Part shown: one piece after another, positions 20,901 through 57,010 of the stretch | Layout of the letters: every line of letters begins with the position of its first letter | Position numbering within the stretch: position 1 is the stretch's first letter | Assembly: GCF_016432865.1 (NCBI RefSeq) | Contig: NC_067404.1 | Span: forward strand, 85,312,001 to 85,376,000 | Direction of reading: 5' to 3' | Length of the DNA: 64,000 bases | Source: Antechinus flavipes | Taxonomy: Eukaryota | Notes under the pieces: generated by a model | What the model was told of the DNA's origin: nothing | The model's database searches: none | The model's input: the letters and a program-made list of their open reading frames with translations, nothing else | Position numbers and translations under genes: made by a program

Positions 20901-23036
20901 TGTTACCATCCCTTGTGGACCCACGAGATAGTGGCTGGAGCTGGTGTACCTGAGCTCTCCTCCTCCAGGATGATCTTTATTCTGGTACAACACCTAGCCA
21001 CATACACATGCGCTTGGGCCCCCCGGCTTCATGGTCCTCTGTGGGCCTACGGCTCCTAAAACGCGCACTCAGGATCCCAGCCCTAGGTAACACCCAGAGT
21101 ATCCAGGCCAGAGCATTTGGTGAAATAACAGAATATTTGCAGTGGAATGTCTTCCCATCCCCCAACACAAGGGGTATGCTCCCACAGATCGCCAATGGGC
21201 AGAGGGGGTGGGTAGGTACCCCTCGCAGCCAAAGGGCATCTTCGGGGGAGCCCGTTGACCTGCTCCCTTCTGGTCTGCTCCTCACTGGGCACGCTGCACT
21301 GGCTCTTTGGCTCCTTGGTGTTTCTACCCCGGCCTCCCGTTCCAGCACCTTGTTCTGGTCTCTCTTGGTACACTCGCCCTTCAGGGGTAGCCCGGTCAGC
21401 TCAGCTGCAGCTTGAATTGTGTATAGTGTCCAAAGCTCTCCCAGGTGAGGGTAGCCTGGCTCTCTTTAGCTATAGCTGCCCACACCTAGTCAGGAGAAGG
21501 CAAGCCAAGTGTTTGCCTAAAACTAAGATCAGCTCTTTCTTTCAGGAAGCCTACAGGGGGCTCAGTGGATGCAAAGATGGGCCCGAGCGGGAAGACCCGA
21601 GTTCAGATGTGGCCTCAGACACTCACTAGCCGTGGGACCCCCAACCTCTGCTTGCCCTAATCCCACAGAGCGAGCAACGGCCCGGCGCTGAAGTCACCTA
21701 CTCCAGCTGACTACAGTCGGATGAGCGTGTTTGCTCCAGGACCAAAGGTAGGCTAAGGAGATGGGGAACGTTCCCCACCCACGGGGCCCCGGATTTGGTC
21801 TTCGTCAGGCCCGCCTTCAGTGACAAAGCCTGAGTGCTTGGGTGTTCTATCTCTTGCGGCAAAACTCTGGATGTTCCTATGGGTGCCCGGAGGAGCCTGC
21901 GGGGATACTGTAGATAATCAGGGTCTCTGAAGCCTCTCTCAGATGCAAATGGCCTTTGGAGTGCTCTCGAGGGTTCTCTCCAGTGTCTTAAGCACTCTTG
22001 GGGACTTGCGGTCTCGAGGGCACTTGGGGTCTCTCCAGGCCTTTTTTCCAGGGCTTTTCTGTCACTCTTGGAGACACTTCAGAGCTCTTCAGGCCTCTCT
22101 TGAGGGCTCATCGAGACTCTCCGGGTCTCACACTGTGTCCTCGCCTCTTCAGAGGCCGCTCTCATGTGCGAGGCTATTTAAGCACTCCCCCCACATTTTC
22201 TTTGGGAGTATGAAGAAATAACCGTCCGCTGGCCACGAGCCCCTTCGAAGACTTCCGGCTTTGGTATGAGGGCCGGGACGAGGAAGACTCACGGAAAGAG
22301 CCCCCGGCTCTGGTCCACATCCTGGCCCCCCCACCCTCCAGGAGGGATGGAGCTATGGCCCCAGGCAGGGATCCACACACATCCACACGGGATCGGTTTA
22401 AGATGCGGGCAGAGGGGACGGGGCCCTTCCCGTCTTCTCGGATTCAGAGGAGATGTGGCGCCTTTTACTTGTGGAAGGACTCAGAGGGGGACTGCTACTC
22501 CTGTTGTTCTGGATCGTGACATCTCCTGCCCTTCCCCTCTAAATGCTCCCTCAGCATTCCGGGAGTAGAGCCCTCCTGGAGGTATATGGGAGGGCAGAGG
22601 CCAGTGCAGACTTCCCCCCACTCCCTCCCTCTCTGCTAGAAAAGGCTTGGATGTCACCGGGCAATGAAATCGTCTGCCTGAGACGATGCAGAGTCTCATG
22701 GTTCTCTCCCTCCCTCCCCTTCTCTCTTTTCCTTCCATGTCGACTCTTTGGAAGAGCCGGTACTCAGGGGGCTCTTTGAGCTCTTGGAGTCTCTCACAGA
22801 CCCCCCCCTCCGATGTGTTGAGCGCAGAGGTTAGTGTTGGGGGGATCTTCCGGGGGGGGCGTACCTCTTGGGGACTGACATATTTTGGTGATCTCCAGCT
22901 TTAGCTCTTTCTGGATCTCGATAGTTAGGCTCTGTCTCCACTGGGCTTCCCTGCCTCTTCCTCATCCCGAGCCAAATACAGGAGATGGCCTGCGGAGACT
23001 TCTCCAGGGCTCTTGGGACCCAGAAAGAGACGCCTC

Positions 23037-42879
<19,843 letters not shown>

Positions 42880-42918
42880 CCTCTTCCCTCCTGCTGGGAC
42901 ACCGAGCTTGGCCTCCCT

Positions 42919-42925
42919 GGATTAA
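42919..42925 (-). promoter_or_regulatory. CRX/OTX2-type site (TTAATCC) 40 bp upstream of the proposed CACNA1F ATG
   Basis: GGATTAA on +. TAATCC is the K50 homeodomain motif typical of photoreceptor promoters; function here is inferred. Confidence 0.55.
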
Positions 42926-43096
42926 GGCCACCCAGCATGGAGGAGGGAGGTGGGAGGGGGGAGCCAGATGGTCCTGGGGGGGGCCTCGGGAGGATCAGGC
43001 CGGAGCTTCTCTGTGCGGTGGCCCTAATGGCCTTCCAGCAGGGGCGCTGTGCCGCGCGCACCACCAGCCCCGCCCCCCCATCCAGTTCGTGCTCCA

Positions 43097-43110
43097 CCGC
43101 CAGGGGGCGT
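43097..43110 (+). promoter_or_regulatory. CTCF-like motif between the CACNA1F and CCDC22 promoters
   Basis: CCGCCAGGGGGCGT matches the CTCF core CC(A/G)C(C/T)AG(G/A)(G/T)GGC(G/A). Confidence 0.5.
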
Positions 43111-43162
43111 CCGGCGAACCGAGGAACGAGAACGAGAATGCGCAAGTTCTGGGAGCCCTGAG

Positions 43163-43255
43163 GACTACGAGTCCCAGAGAGCCATGCGGTAGTTCCTCTC
43201 TGTTCACAAGGACAGGGAAATGAGGAGGAAAATAAAACTACAAGTTCCAAAAGGC
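43163..43255 (+). promoter_or_regulatory. CCDC22 promoter with two ACTACA..TCCCA (ZNF143/THAP11 SBS-type) motifs
   Basis: GACTACGAGTCCCAGAGAGCC at 43163-43183 and AACTACAAGTTCCAAAAGGC at 43236-43255, 120-210 bp upstream of the ATG. Confidence 0.6.
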
Positions 43256-43371
43256 GCCGCGCGCTCAAGTCAGGTGACCTGGTTTTTCACCCTCCTGCTC
43301 TGAGGCGGAACTCAGGAGTCCGATCCCGGCGCGGAGGCTATCGAACTGACCATTGTGTGCTGGAGGGCGGC

Positions 43372-46300
43372 ATGGAGGAGGCCGACCGGATTCTGATCCA
43401 CTCGCTGCGCCAGGCGGGCTCGTAAGAACCCGGGGAGTCGCCCGGGGTCTTCAGGGAAACTGAGGAAACCTGGCGTTTCCTCAAATAGGCAGCGCCAAAA
43501 TCTCAACAAGGGTTCTGGGCCCCGGGACTCCCCTCCCCCTAGCCAGGGACTTCAGTCCTAGGATCCCTCCAGCAAGATCTCCCCCCCTCCCCCCCGCCCT
43601 CCCCCTCCAGCTAGGGCCTTGAGTCCTAGGAGCTCCCCGCCCCCCCAGCCACGGACTTTGAGTCCTAGGATACCTCCCAGCAAGATTCTCCCCCCCCCCA
43701 GCCAGGGCCTTTAGTCCTAGGATTCTCTCCCCCCCAGCTCCCCCCCAGCCCCAGCCAGTAACCTGAGGCCTGAGCCCTCCGTCCCTGACAGGGCCATCCC
43801 CGAGGATGTCCAGTCCCTCCGGGCCTTCACCGCGGAGCTGGCTGTGGCGGCCGTGGTGGGCTGCCTCCAAGTGCTTCGCCCCTCCCTGAGCTCTGGCCTC
43901 ACCCCCCACCTGCCTCCCGGGATGTCTGCCCGCTTTCGGCTCGGCGTGAGTCTGGCCCAGGCCTGCTCGGTGAGTGTTGGGACCCCCATTGGAGGGAGGA
44001 GAAGGAAAGAGGGAGCTGCAGGAAGCAGACGGCGCGCCTCACCTTCTGTCCCTTTCTTTGCTGGTCACATGGCACCAGGACCTGGGCTACCCCCGAGAGC
44101 TTGGTTACCAGAGCTTCCTGTACCCGAGTGAGCCGGACCTGCGGCAGCTTCTTCTCTTCCTGGCAGAACGGCTGCCCCCCGACCCTGCCCAGGAGAGCAC
44201 CCAGCCCTCAGGTATCTGGGGCCTCCCGGCAGGGAGGGGTTGGGCCTGCCCCATCGGTTCGAGACTCAAGTTGAGCCTTCCTCCCCTGCTCAGTAGGTGA
44301 GTCGGCCATCCTGCTCCGGGCCGTTGGCGCCCAAGTCAGGGACCTCCTGGCGGAGCCGTGGGTGCCCCCGGTCCTGAGGCCCCAAAAGCACCAGGTAGGA
44401 TTCCTCCCCTCCCTGGCCCCCGTCTTCCGCCCCTGGCCATGCTGCCACCCGACACGCTCCCGGTCTCTCCCCATCTTTCTCTTGCCCAGGACCGCGTCCG
44501 TCCGAAACCTCTCCACGTTCAGTCATTCATCCTCCCTGATGCCAAGAGCCTGCAAGGTGAGGGAAGACCTTGGCTTGGGGGTTTTGGCCCCCACGAGAAG
44601 CCGGCGCCACTTCGTATGGAAAATGTGCCCCGCGAGCTGCCTGTTGCGGGAGGGCCGGGGCTGACGCCAAGGCCGTTTCTCCCTCCCTCTTGCCAGATGC
44701 CTCTGAGGTGCGGGAGTTCCAGGGGGGTCCCCTGGTGGCCCCGGCCCCTGCCCAGATCCCGTGTCAGGCCAGCCGGGTGGCCTCGTTCCTAGAGGAGCAT
44801 GGGGCCCAGCTCCATGAGCTGCCGGAAGGAGACTCTGCTGGAGATGTGGACAAGGTGAAGCCAGCCTCCAGCCCCTTCAGCTCCTCTCCGTTCATCCATC
44901 CCCTGCTTTCTCACCCTCACTCTCTTTCCTTCCTCTCTCTGCCCTCTGCTTGTGCAAACGCCCTCTGCTTAGGGAGCCTCAGCCTTGCCTGGGTGTTAGG
45001 GGAGAGAGCTGGGCCCTGGGTGAGGACCAGCATGGGGAACGGAGGGGTGCAAGGCGCTCCTTCTCTCCTCGCAGTCTCGCAGGAGGCACCTGGCCCCGCG
45101 GCTGGTGGAGCAGCTGAGGCAGAGCTGGGGGCAGGCTGCATCCGGCGCCTCGGGGGTGCCAACACCAGGCCGGGACCTGGGCGAACTCCTCTGTGGCTGG
45201 GGACCTGGCTCCGGAGAGCCTCGAGGGAAGGGCTCCAGGTTCACACACGCCGAGAAATTCACTTTCGCTCAGGTAGCAACCGGGGGACGTGCAGGCGGCC
45301 AGGGGCTGTGGGCAGTGGACAAGGGGTCTGGAGGCGCATCCCTCTTTGTCCTTCCCTTCTCCCCCAGGAAGAGGAGGCCACCCGTGCTCCACCTTTGGCC
45401 CCCACAGAAGTCCCCTCGCTGCTGTCCCCGCTGTCCCCCGGCCGCTTGGAGCAGGAGTTGCGGGCGGGGCAGGAAGCGGAGCTGGCATCTCTACAGGATC
45501 ACCTGGAGCTCGTGGGCCAGAGCATCAAGGAGGCTGGGGCCACTGTGAAGAGGCTGACACTTAGCACGGGCCAGGTGGAGGGGGGATGATTTGGGGGGGG
45601 TGCAGCGGAGCTCTGAAGGGTGCCGGGGGTGGGGGGAGGAGGAGGATACTGACTGGGAGCCGGCATACAGGTGGAAGCAGAAGCCCAACAAGCCTGGCTG
45701 AGCACCACAGAGCGGGAGCAGGCCCGGAGGCTGAAGCGCCGGGCTGTGGATCTGCTGCCGGACGCCCCCAGCAACCTGGCCAAGCTGCAGGTCGGTGGGG
45801 CTGGCCAGGAGGGCCTGCTGGAACCGTGTGCGCTGGAGCCTCTGCTGACTGCCTCTTTCCCCTTCCGCCGAGTCCAGGTGGTGGTGGAGGCCAGTGCCCA
45901 GCGTGTCATCCACCTGGCCGGCCAGTGGGAGAGACATCGAGTGCCGCTACTGGCTGAGTATCGGGCTCTGAAGAAGCGCCGGGACCAGAGAGAGGTGACC
46001 ACACCTGCCACACCCCCTCCTCTGTGGTCTTGCTAGCCTCCCTTGGGAGTGGGGGGACCAGGCCGGACGGCCTCCGGGGTCATCGCCCAAGGAACCGTCC
46101 CTGAGTCAGGTGCGGAGGAGCTGTCGGCCCCGCCCCCAACCTTGACACTCAGGGAAACTGAGGACCCTCTCCTTGCCATCCAGTTGGAGTCGTCGCACAA
46201 AGCGGCCGAGCTCCAGGTCCTGCAAGAGTGCGTGTGTGCGGCGGCCGCGGAGGCCCGCCGCAAGGAAGGTTTATACAAGCAATTGGTGAGGAGCGAGGCC

Positions 46301-48084
46301 AGCGGGTGGCCCCCCGAGGGGGAGGAGGGCCCGGGGCTGGTGGGACGCTGACGGGACCAAGAGCAAAATGGCCCCGGTTCCCCGCCCAGGTCGCCGAGCT
46401 GGACACCCTGCCCGGGGACATGGCTCGTTCGGCCTACACCCATCGCATCCTGGAGATCGTGGGCAGCATCAGGAAGCAGAAGGAGGAGATCACCAAGGTG
46501 AGTGTGTCCGAGGCCCCCGCCTCCCAGCCTCCCGGCCTCCCCGGCCCAGCCTCCCCCTCTAGCCACCTCTCTTTCTCCCTGGCTCTCCCAGATTCTCTCT
46601 GACACCAAACTGCTTCAGAAAGAGATCAATGCCCTGACCGGCAAGCTGGACCGCACCTTTGCCGTCACAGACGAACTGGTCTTCAAGGTGGGTGCGCCAG
46701 GTGCCCGGGAGGAAGGCCGGGCCAGCGGGGGGCCCCTCCCCTCCTTCTTGGGCTCCACACAGTTGGCGTATGGCTGGCTTGGACTCAAGCGGGACCATCA
46801 CCGCCTTTGAGGCCACATGGAGAGGTAGCGGCCCAAGGGACCATCTGGGCCTGAGTGGGTGCCGTGAGTCTCAACGGCTAGCGCCAGCCCCCCAAGCTCT
46901 TGGGCGTCTCCTTCCCAGGCCTGGATGCAGAGACTGAGTGCTCTCACACTAGGTGGGGGAGAGCCGGTCTTGGGTGGCGTGGACCCGGGTGGGCCTCCCA
47001 AAGGCCTCCCTGCAGCCAACAACGGGAGGCTTCTGGTGTCGGTTGTAGGTTGGAGGGAGGGGGTGGCGGGGAGGTGGGGGTATACAATGGCTGCCACAAG
47101 AGGGAAAGGTTGGGGTATGAACGTCCACTTGGAAAAGCCCCCTCAGGCACCCCCAAGCCGCCGGCTTTCCTCTTCTCACCTGACGGCTGGGGTGAGCGGC
47201 CCAAAGCCTGCCCAGATGCCGTGGCCTGTGGACTCCCTTCCAGCCATGGGACCGCCCAGGCTCCTCGGGCCCCGGGCCCCGCCCTGCCCTCGGCCCATTC
47301 CCCTCACTGCTCCCACAGGACGCCAAGAAGGATGACTCGGTGAGGAAGGCCTACAAGTACCTGGCGGCCCTGCACGAAGTGAGTTGGCTGTGCTTCCCCG
47401 GGGCCACCCCCATGCCCCCACTGCGGGGGTATCTCCCCCTGACCTCCCCCTCTCCCTTTATCTGTCCCAGAACTGCAGCCAGCTCATCCAGACCATAGAG
47501 GACACTGGGACCATCTTGAGGGAGGTCCGAGACCTGGAGGAGCAAGTAAGGAGTCAGGGAGGACGGGCTGGCCTCTGCCCAGGTAAAGCCAGGACCACCA
47601 GCGTAGCCTTCCCTTTCCTTCGACTACCGGGCGCTGGGGTCGAGGAGAGCTGAACCCTAGCGTGGGAGTCTCCATGAGGCTGCTCCCCGAGCTGCTGCTG
47701 GCACTGGCACGCATCTGAGACAGCACCAGTCCCTGGCAGTTACCACCGGGGAGGAGGAGGAGGTGGCCACGCCCCAAGAGTTCTCCTTAGGGAGCAGAAG
47801 GAAGTCTAGGAAGCTCTTCAGGGCTCAGTGGGAAATGTCCAGGAGGGACTCACTGAGCGCCCCCTCACACAGTCTCACACACGCTGGGGCCATCGGGACC
47901 TCGGGCCACCTGACTGGGTAACAAGTGGCACAGTCGGGGACACCCTCCCTAACGCTCACACACTCCTCAGATCGAGACGGAGACCGGCAAGAAGACTCTG
48001 AGCAATCTGGAGAAGATCCTAGAGGATTACCGGGCCGTCCGGCAAGAGAATGCGGGCCTGCTGGGCCGAATCCACGAAGCCTGA
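43372..48084 (+). CDS. CCDC22: Coiled-coil domain-containing protein 22 (CCC/Commander complex subunit), 626 aa, 16 coding exons
   Basis: Exons 43372-43421 (MEEADRILIHSLRQAGS), 43792-43969, 44079-44211, 44297-44394, 44490-44556, 44697-44854, 45075-45272, 45368-45574, 45671-45790, 45878-45994, 46184-46285, 46390-46497, 46592-46687, 47319-47378, 47471-47545 and 47971-48084 (...ENAGLLGRIHEA*). They total 1881 nt, open throughout and all GT-AG. Confidence 0.96.
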
Positions 48085-48289
48085 GGCAGCCCTGGTCTCT
48101 GGGCCTGGACCTCCCTGTCCTGCCTCTCCCTAGCCTGCCTGTCCTCCCGTCCCCTTTTTCTCCCCTGGATCTCCCCATTCCTTTCTTCTCCCTCAGGTCT
48201 CCCCGTCCCCTTCTCCCCCTGGGCATGAGCCCTGAGAGCTCTTTCCTTCAAGCACACCCTCTGCCAATACACGGTTCAGCTACAAGGCC

Positions 48290-48295
48290 TTTATT
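48290..48295 (-). terminator. Candidate FOXP3 polyadenylation signal (AATAAA on -)
   Basis: TTTATT on +, about 270 nt past the FOXP3 stop. Confidence 0.65.
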
Positions 48296-48357
48296 GGTGG
48301 AAGGAAACCAAAGCCCTCCTTCACCTCCCCTCCCCCTCCCCCCCAAGAAAGACAGCC

Positions 48358-48363
48358 AATAAA
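48358..48363 (+). terminator. Candidate CCDC22 polyadenylation signal (AATAAA)
   Basis: First AATAAA after the CCDC22 stop, about 270 nt downstream. Confidence 0.7.
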
Positions 48364-48566
48364 GATGTTTCCTTCATCAGCCTGGCTCAGGGGAGGCTGA
48401 TCAGCTGGGGGGCAGCGGGAGCCAGGCCTCGGGCACGGCCACTGGGGCACAGGACAGCAGGCGTTTCAAGTCTTGATCTCTGAGGGGACAGCGGAGAGGG
48501 TCACTTCACCCACTGCAGGACGGCCCTCCTCCCTGGCCTGGTCAGAGGAGCTTCCGGGAAGTGAGT

Positions 48567-53627
<5,061 letters not shown>

Positions 53628-53879
53628 CAAGCCGGTCCTCGGGTAGCCTGAGGAAGAAAATATGGTTGTTGGGTCCAGACAGACTGAGATGGGCTTCGTG
53701 GGAGAGAGGTGAGAATCTCGAGGGTATGATGGGAGAACAAGAAGTTCTCCTCTGTGTGGTCTTCGGGCCCCGGAGAGATGCTGCTTTCTCTATCTCAGGC
53801 CGAGCGCCCCCGTACTGGCCTGGCAGGGGGGATGAGTGCATGTGTCTGCTAACAACAAAACAGTTTCTCCATTCTCCTC

Positions 53880-53945
53880 TCTCTGTCTCTCTCTCTTCTT
53901 CTTCTTCTTCTTCTTCTTCCTCTTCTCTCTCTCCTCCTCTCTCTC
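53880..53945. repeat. (CT)n/(TCT)n simple repeat in the FOXP3 5' intron
   Basis: Directly visible. Confidence 0.9.
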
Positions 53946-54599
53946 CTTCCGTCTTTGAAAGAAGACTTCCTAAGAGGAGATCATTAGGGAAACTGAGATC
54001 CAGAGAGGGGGGAGGCACAGGCAAGTTCAGACACTGAAGGCAGTGGGCAGAGAAACTACTTAGCCAGCTCGATTTAAGTCCTCCCGAAAATAATGACGTA
54101 ATCCTATTCCGGAGCCTGAGGTCTCGAAAACAATTGATTGGGTTCAGTTGGAGAAAACTAAAATGGAGGGAAAACCCAGCCCTGCCTCAAAGGGCCATGT
54201 GGCAGCCTGGTGCTATTTTTAACACGGTACGAAGAGGGCAGTGGAAAAGTCATCCCCGGGACTCTCAAGTTCTAAGTGGCTCGAATTCTATGAATTTCAA
54301 ATTCTAAGATTCTCTGGTTCCAAAATTCTGCGAATCTAAGTCTTGGAGTTAGAATCACAGACTCTTACCCCGGTTCAACTACTGACTCATTGGAGGGCGC
54401 TGGGCAAGTCGGCCCTTCCTCTGCTCTCTCCCCGATGGCAGGGGTCTCGATGGCCCCATCAACTGATGACGGGTGGGCCAATTCGTTTTTAAAATCTCTC
54501 TGTTTCAGCCACTGCAGGTCCAACCCACATCAGTACCATCTCCCACTCAGCCTCGCGCCATCCCACACGTGTACCAGAGAGTCTTAGAATCGCAGAACG

Positions 54600-55120
54600 C
54601 TCCGGCTCTCAGACCGATTCCTGGAATATCCACCTCTTCCACCTCCAAGATTCAAGTCTGAGACCCAGCAGAACCCTGGGATGTCGGAGCCTTAGAACGT
54701 CCCCCTCTCCAAGGGAGAGGAGGCCGCGGGCCTGGGGTTACCGTGACGCTCGTTCCCCCGGAGAACTTTCTAGGGGGAAGAGCACATCCAGCTGGAACTC
54801 GGTTTGGGTCTGGGCTTTCGCCCTTATTCTGCGTGCCGTTTTATCTCGGGGGAGGCGACGGGGATTCGTCCTCACGTCTCGGACCGTTTCCTGGGGGCCG
54901 CGCCTCTCTCGGCAGACCGGCGTGATGGGGGAGATGGTCGGCTCGAGCGGCCCTGCCACCCCCAGACTTCCCGCCACGTCACTGGCGACGCAGGGGAAAA
55001 CGCCACCCCAGGGTTTCGTTCTGAGAAGCGGTGGGGCCTGCCCGGTAGCCTGGGCCCCTGAATTCTGGACTTATGACGCGAATAGCAGCGGAAATGGGTG
55101 ATATCCGGGAAAACGTGCCT
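54600..55120 (-). promoter_or_regulatory. Candidate FOXP3 CNS2/TSDR enhancer
   Basis: CpG-rich, with GAS/STAT5 palindromes TTCCTGGAA (54618-54626) and TTCTGAGAA (55019-55027) and a CRE half-site TGACGTG (54975-54981). Minus-strand TTCTCAGAACGAAACCCTGGGGTGG...CGCCAGTGACGTGGCGGGAAGTCTGGG resembles the recalled human TSDR core. Confidence 0.7.
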
Positions 55121-56877
55121 TGCGGCAACTCCACCCTTGGGTCCGGGACCCTTCTCACCTTCTAGTGTGATCTGATCTAATCTCAACAGGCTTCCTGGAG
55201 CCCAAAGGCCTCGCCGGGGCATGGCTCCCCATCGCCCGTGGCGTTCCAAGCTCCTTTCCCAGCTTTGCTGGCAGAACTAGAGCAGCTGATCTGCAGCGAT
55301 TCGCTTTGACTCTCGGGGACTCGCTTTTCTCTATTCTAAAGGCAGAAGGGCTGAACTAGGCAGTTTCTGAGATCCCTTCTGGCTCAAAACCCTCATGCTC
55401 CCAGCAGCGAGTTGACCAGCCTAGAATGGGCCCGTCAGCCATTTCTCCCTCTATTGCCCCCAGCTCCCACCCTCGGAAGAGCGGGTCTTGGAGGCGGCTT
55501 GGGCACATCTGCCATCCTGTGCAGGCTTCTTTGGTTAATGCCTTCGGTGGTCCGAGTTAAGCCTCACGGGGGCTATTCTGGCCTCGCTGACTTCCGTGGC
55601 CCAGACTAGGTTCCCTCCCTCTGAATGTGCTCCCTAGACCCTCCCGACGGGACACTGAGGACAGCTGAGGGGGCCCCGTTCTGGCCACAGTACTGCGGCC
55701 ACACAGCCCGCCGCCGAGACCGGACCTCCGGGCTCTCGGCCTCCTGACTGTCCTCCATCTCCCGGACAGAAATCAGCGGCACGTGCACCAAGCCATCCTG
55801 CTTCCTTAACTTCTCCAACTCTGCCGAGGGCCTGCCATCTTCCAGTTCCTTCCCCCTTCCTCACACCTACCACGCGGTGATTGTCCCTGGGCAACATCTC
55901 TCCCCAGTGCAGGGACTACTGTGAGACTCTGCCTCGTGACTGGCCTCTGTGCCTTGAGCCCCGACCCCATCCCCATGGGGAAGCCTAGCTGTGCCCCAGG
56001 GCCCTTGGGAAGCTTCTGAGTTGGAGTGCACTCCTCTCCTTCACTATGCCGGCTGACTCCTCTGCTTTGAGTTGTTTTTCATCTGCCACGTCTCGGCCCC
56101 TGCCTCAGTATCCCTGCCGTGGCCACCCCCCATTCCCACTCTCCCCAGTGCGTGGGCTCCTCTCCCCCGGCCCTCTGTCCCCTCTGAACAGACCGATATA
56201 AGAGGCAGCGTTACACAGTGGACAGAGGGCTGGGTTGCAGCCCCATCTCAGACACCTCCTGCTCTGCTTCGAACCCGTCGGTTCGCTTTTCGGCGCTCTG
56301 GGCCGCTTACAGAGACCAAATCCCTGGGCCCGGCTAGTCCCGGCGGCTCGGCTCATCCCGCGCCGGCCGGGCCGGGCCCTTTCTCGGCCATCCGCGTACC
56401 TGCCGGGCCGGGCCTGCGGACTCGGGAGCCTCCTGCCAACTTTGGCTTCTTGGGGTCAGGAGGGCCCCCCGAGTCCCCCCTCTCCCCACACGCGCAGCTT
56501 ACAGAGCCTGAAAACCGAGGCCGTGGAAAGGCTGATGCGGACAGCGCAGCGGGGGGCAGAGCTCTCGGAGGTGGGCACCTGCTCCTCAGCTTTCCTGACT
56601 CGCGACTACCAGCGGCAGGGGGAGATCCGGCACCTCCCCCACCAGACCCCAGGAATCACCGAGCCCCGAGCACTTCCTCTGGCAATGGCGGCCACGGGTA
56701 CGGAGGAGGGAAGGGACACTGGGATCCAGTTCTCAATTGTGGAGCCGGGTAAGGCTCCCGCCAGCGGCTCCCAGGGCGGAGCTGGGGAAGGGCCGGCAAG
56801 CCGGTGTGCTCCCAACCCCTCACCCGACCCAGAAGGGAACTGAGGCCCGCTGAGGGGAAGGAAGAAGAGTAACTCAC

Positions 56878-57010
56878 CTCTCTCCAATCCAAGTGGTCCA
56901 AGTAACCGGTGTCGGCCCGTGGTAACAGGCACAGCCACAGCTAAACCGCTCGGAAGAGACCCGGCTCGGTGGCTGGAGAGCTCTGTGCTGGGCTCGGTCC
57001 GAGAGGGTTT
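56878..57010 (-). other. Candidate internal non-coding (5'UTR) FOXP3 exon, 133 nt
   Basis: Acceptor TTCTAACCTGCCAG (CTAAC branch motif) and donor GAG|GTGAGT; contains no ATG. Confidence 0.45.

Noticed and set aside
44212-44219. CCDC22 intron 3 donor GTATCTGG as a possible U12 intron
   Set aside because: Lacks the GTATCCT consensus and has no TCCTTAAC-type branch; treated as U2.
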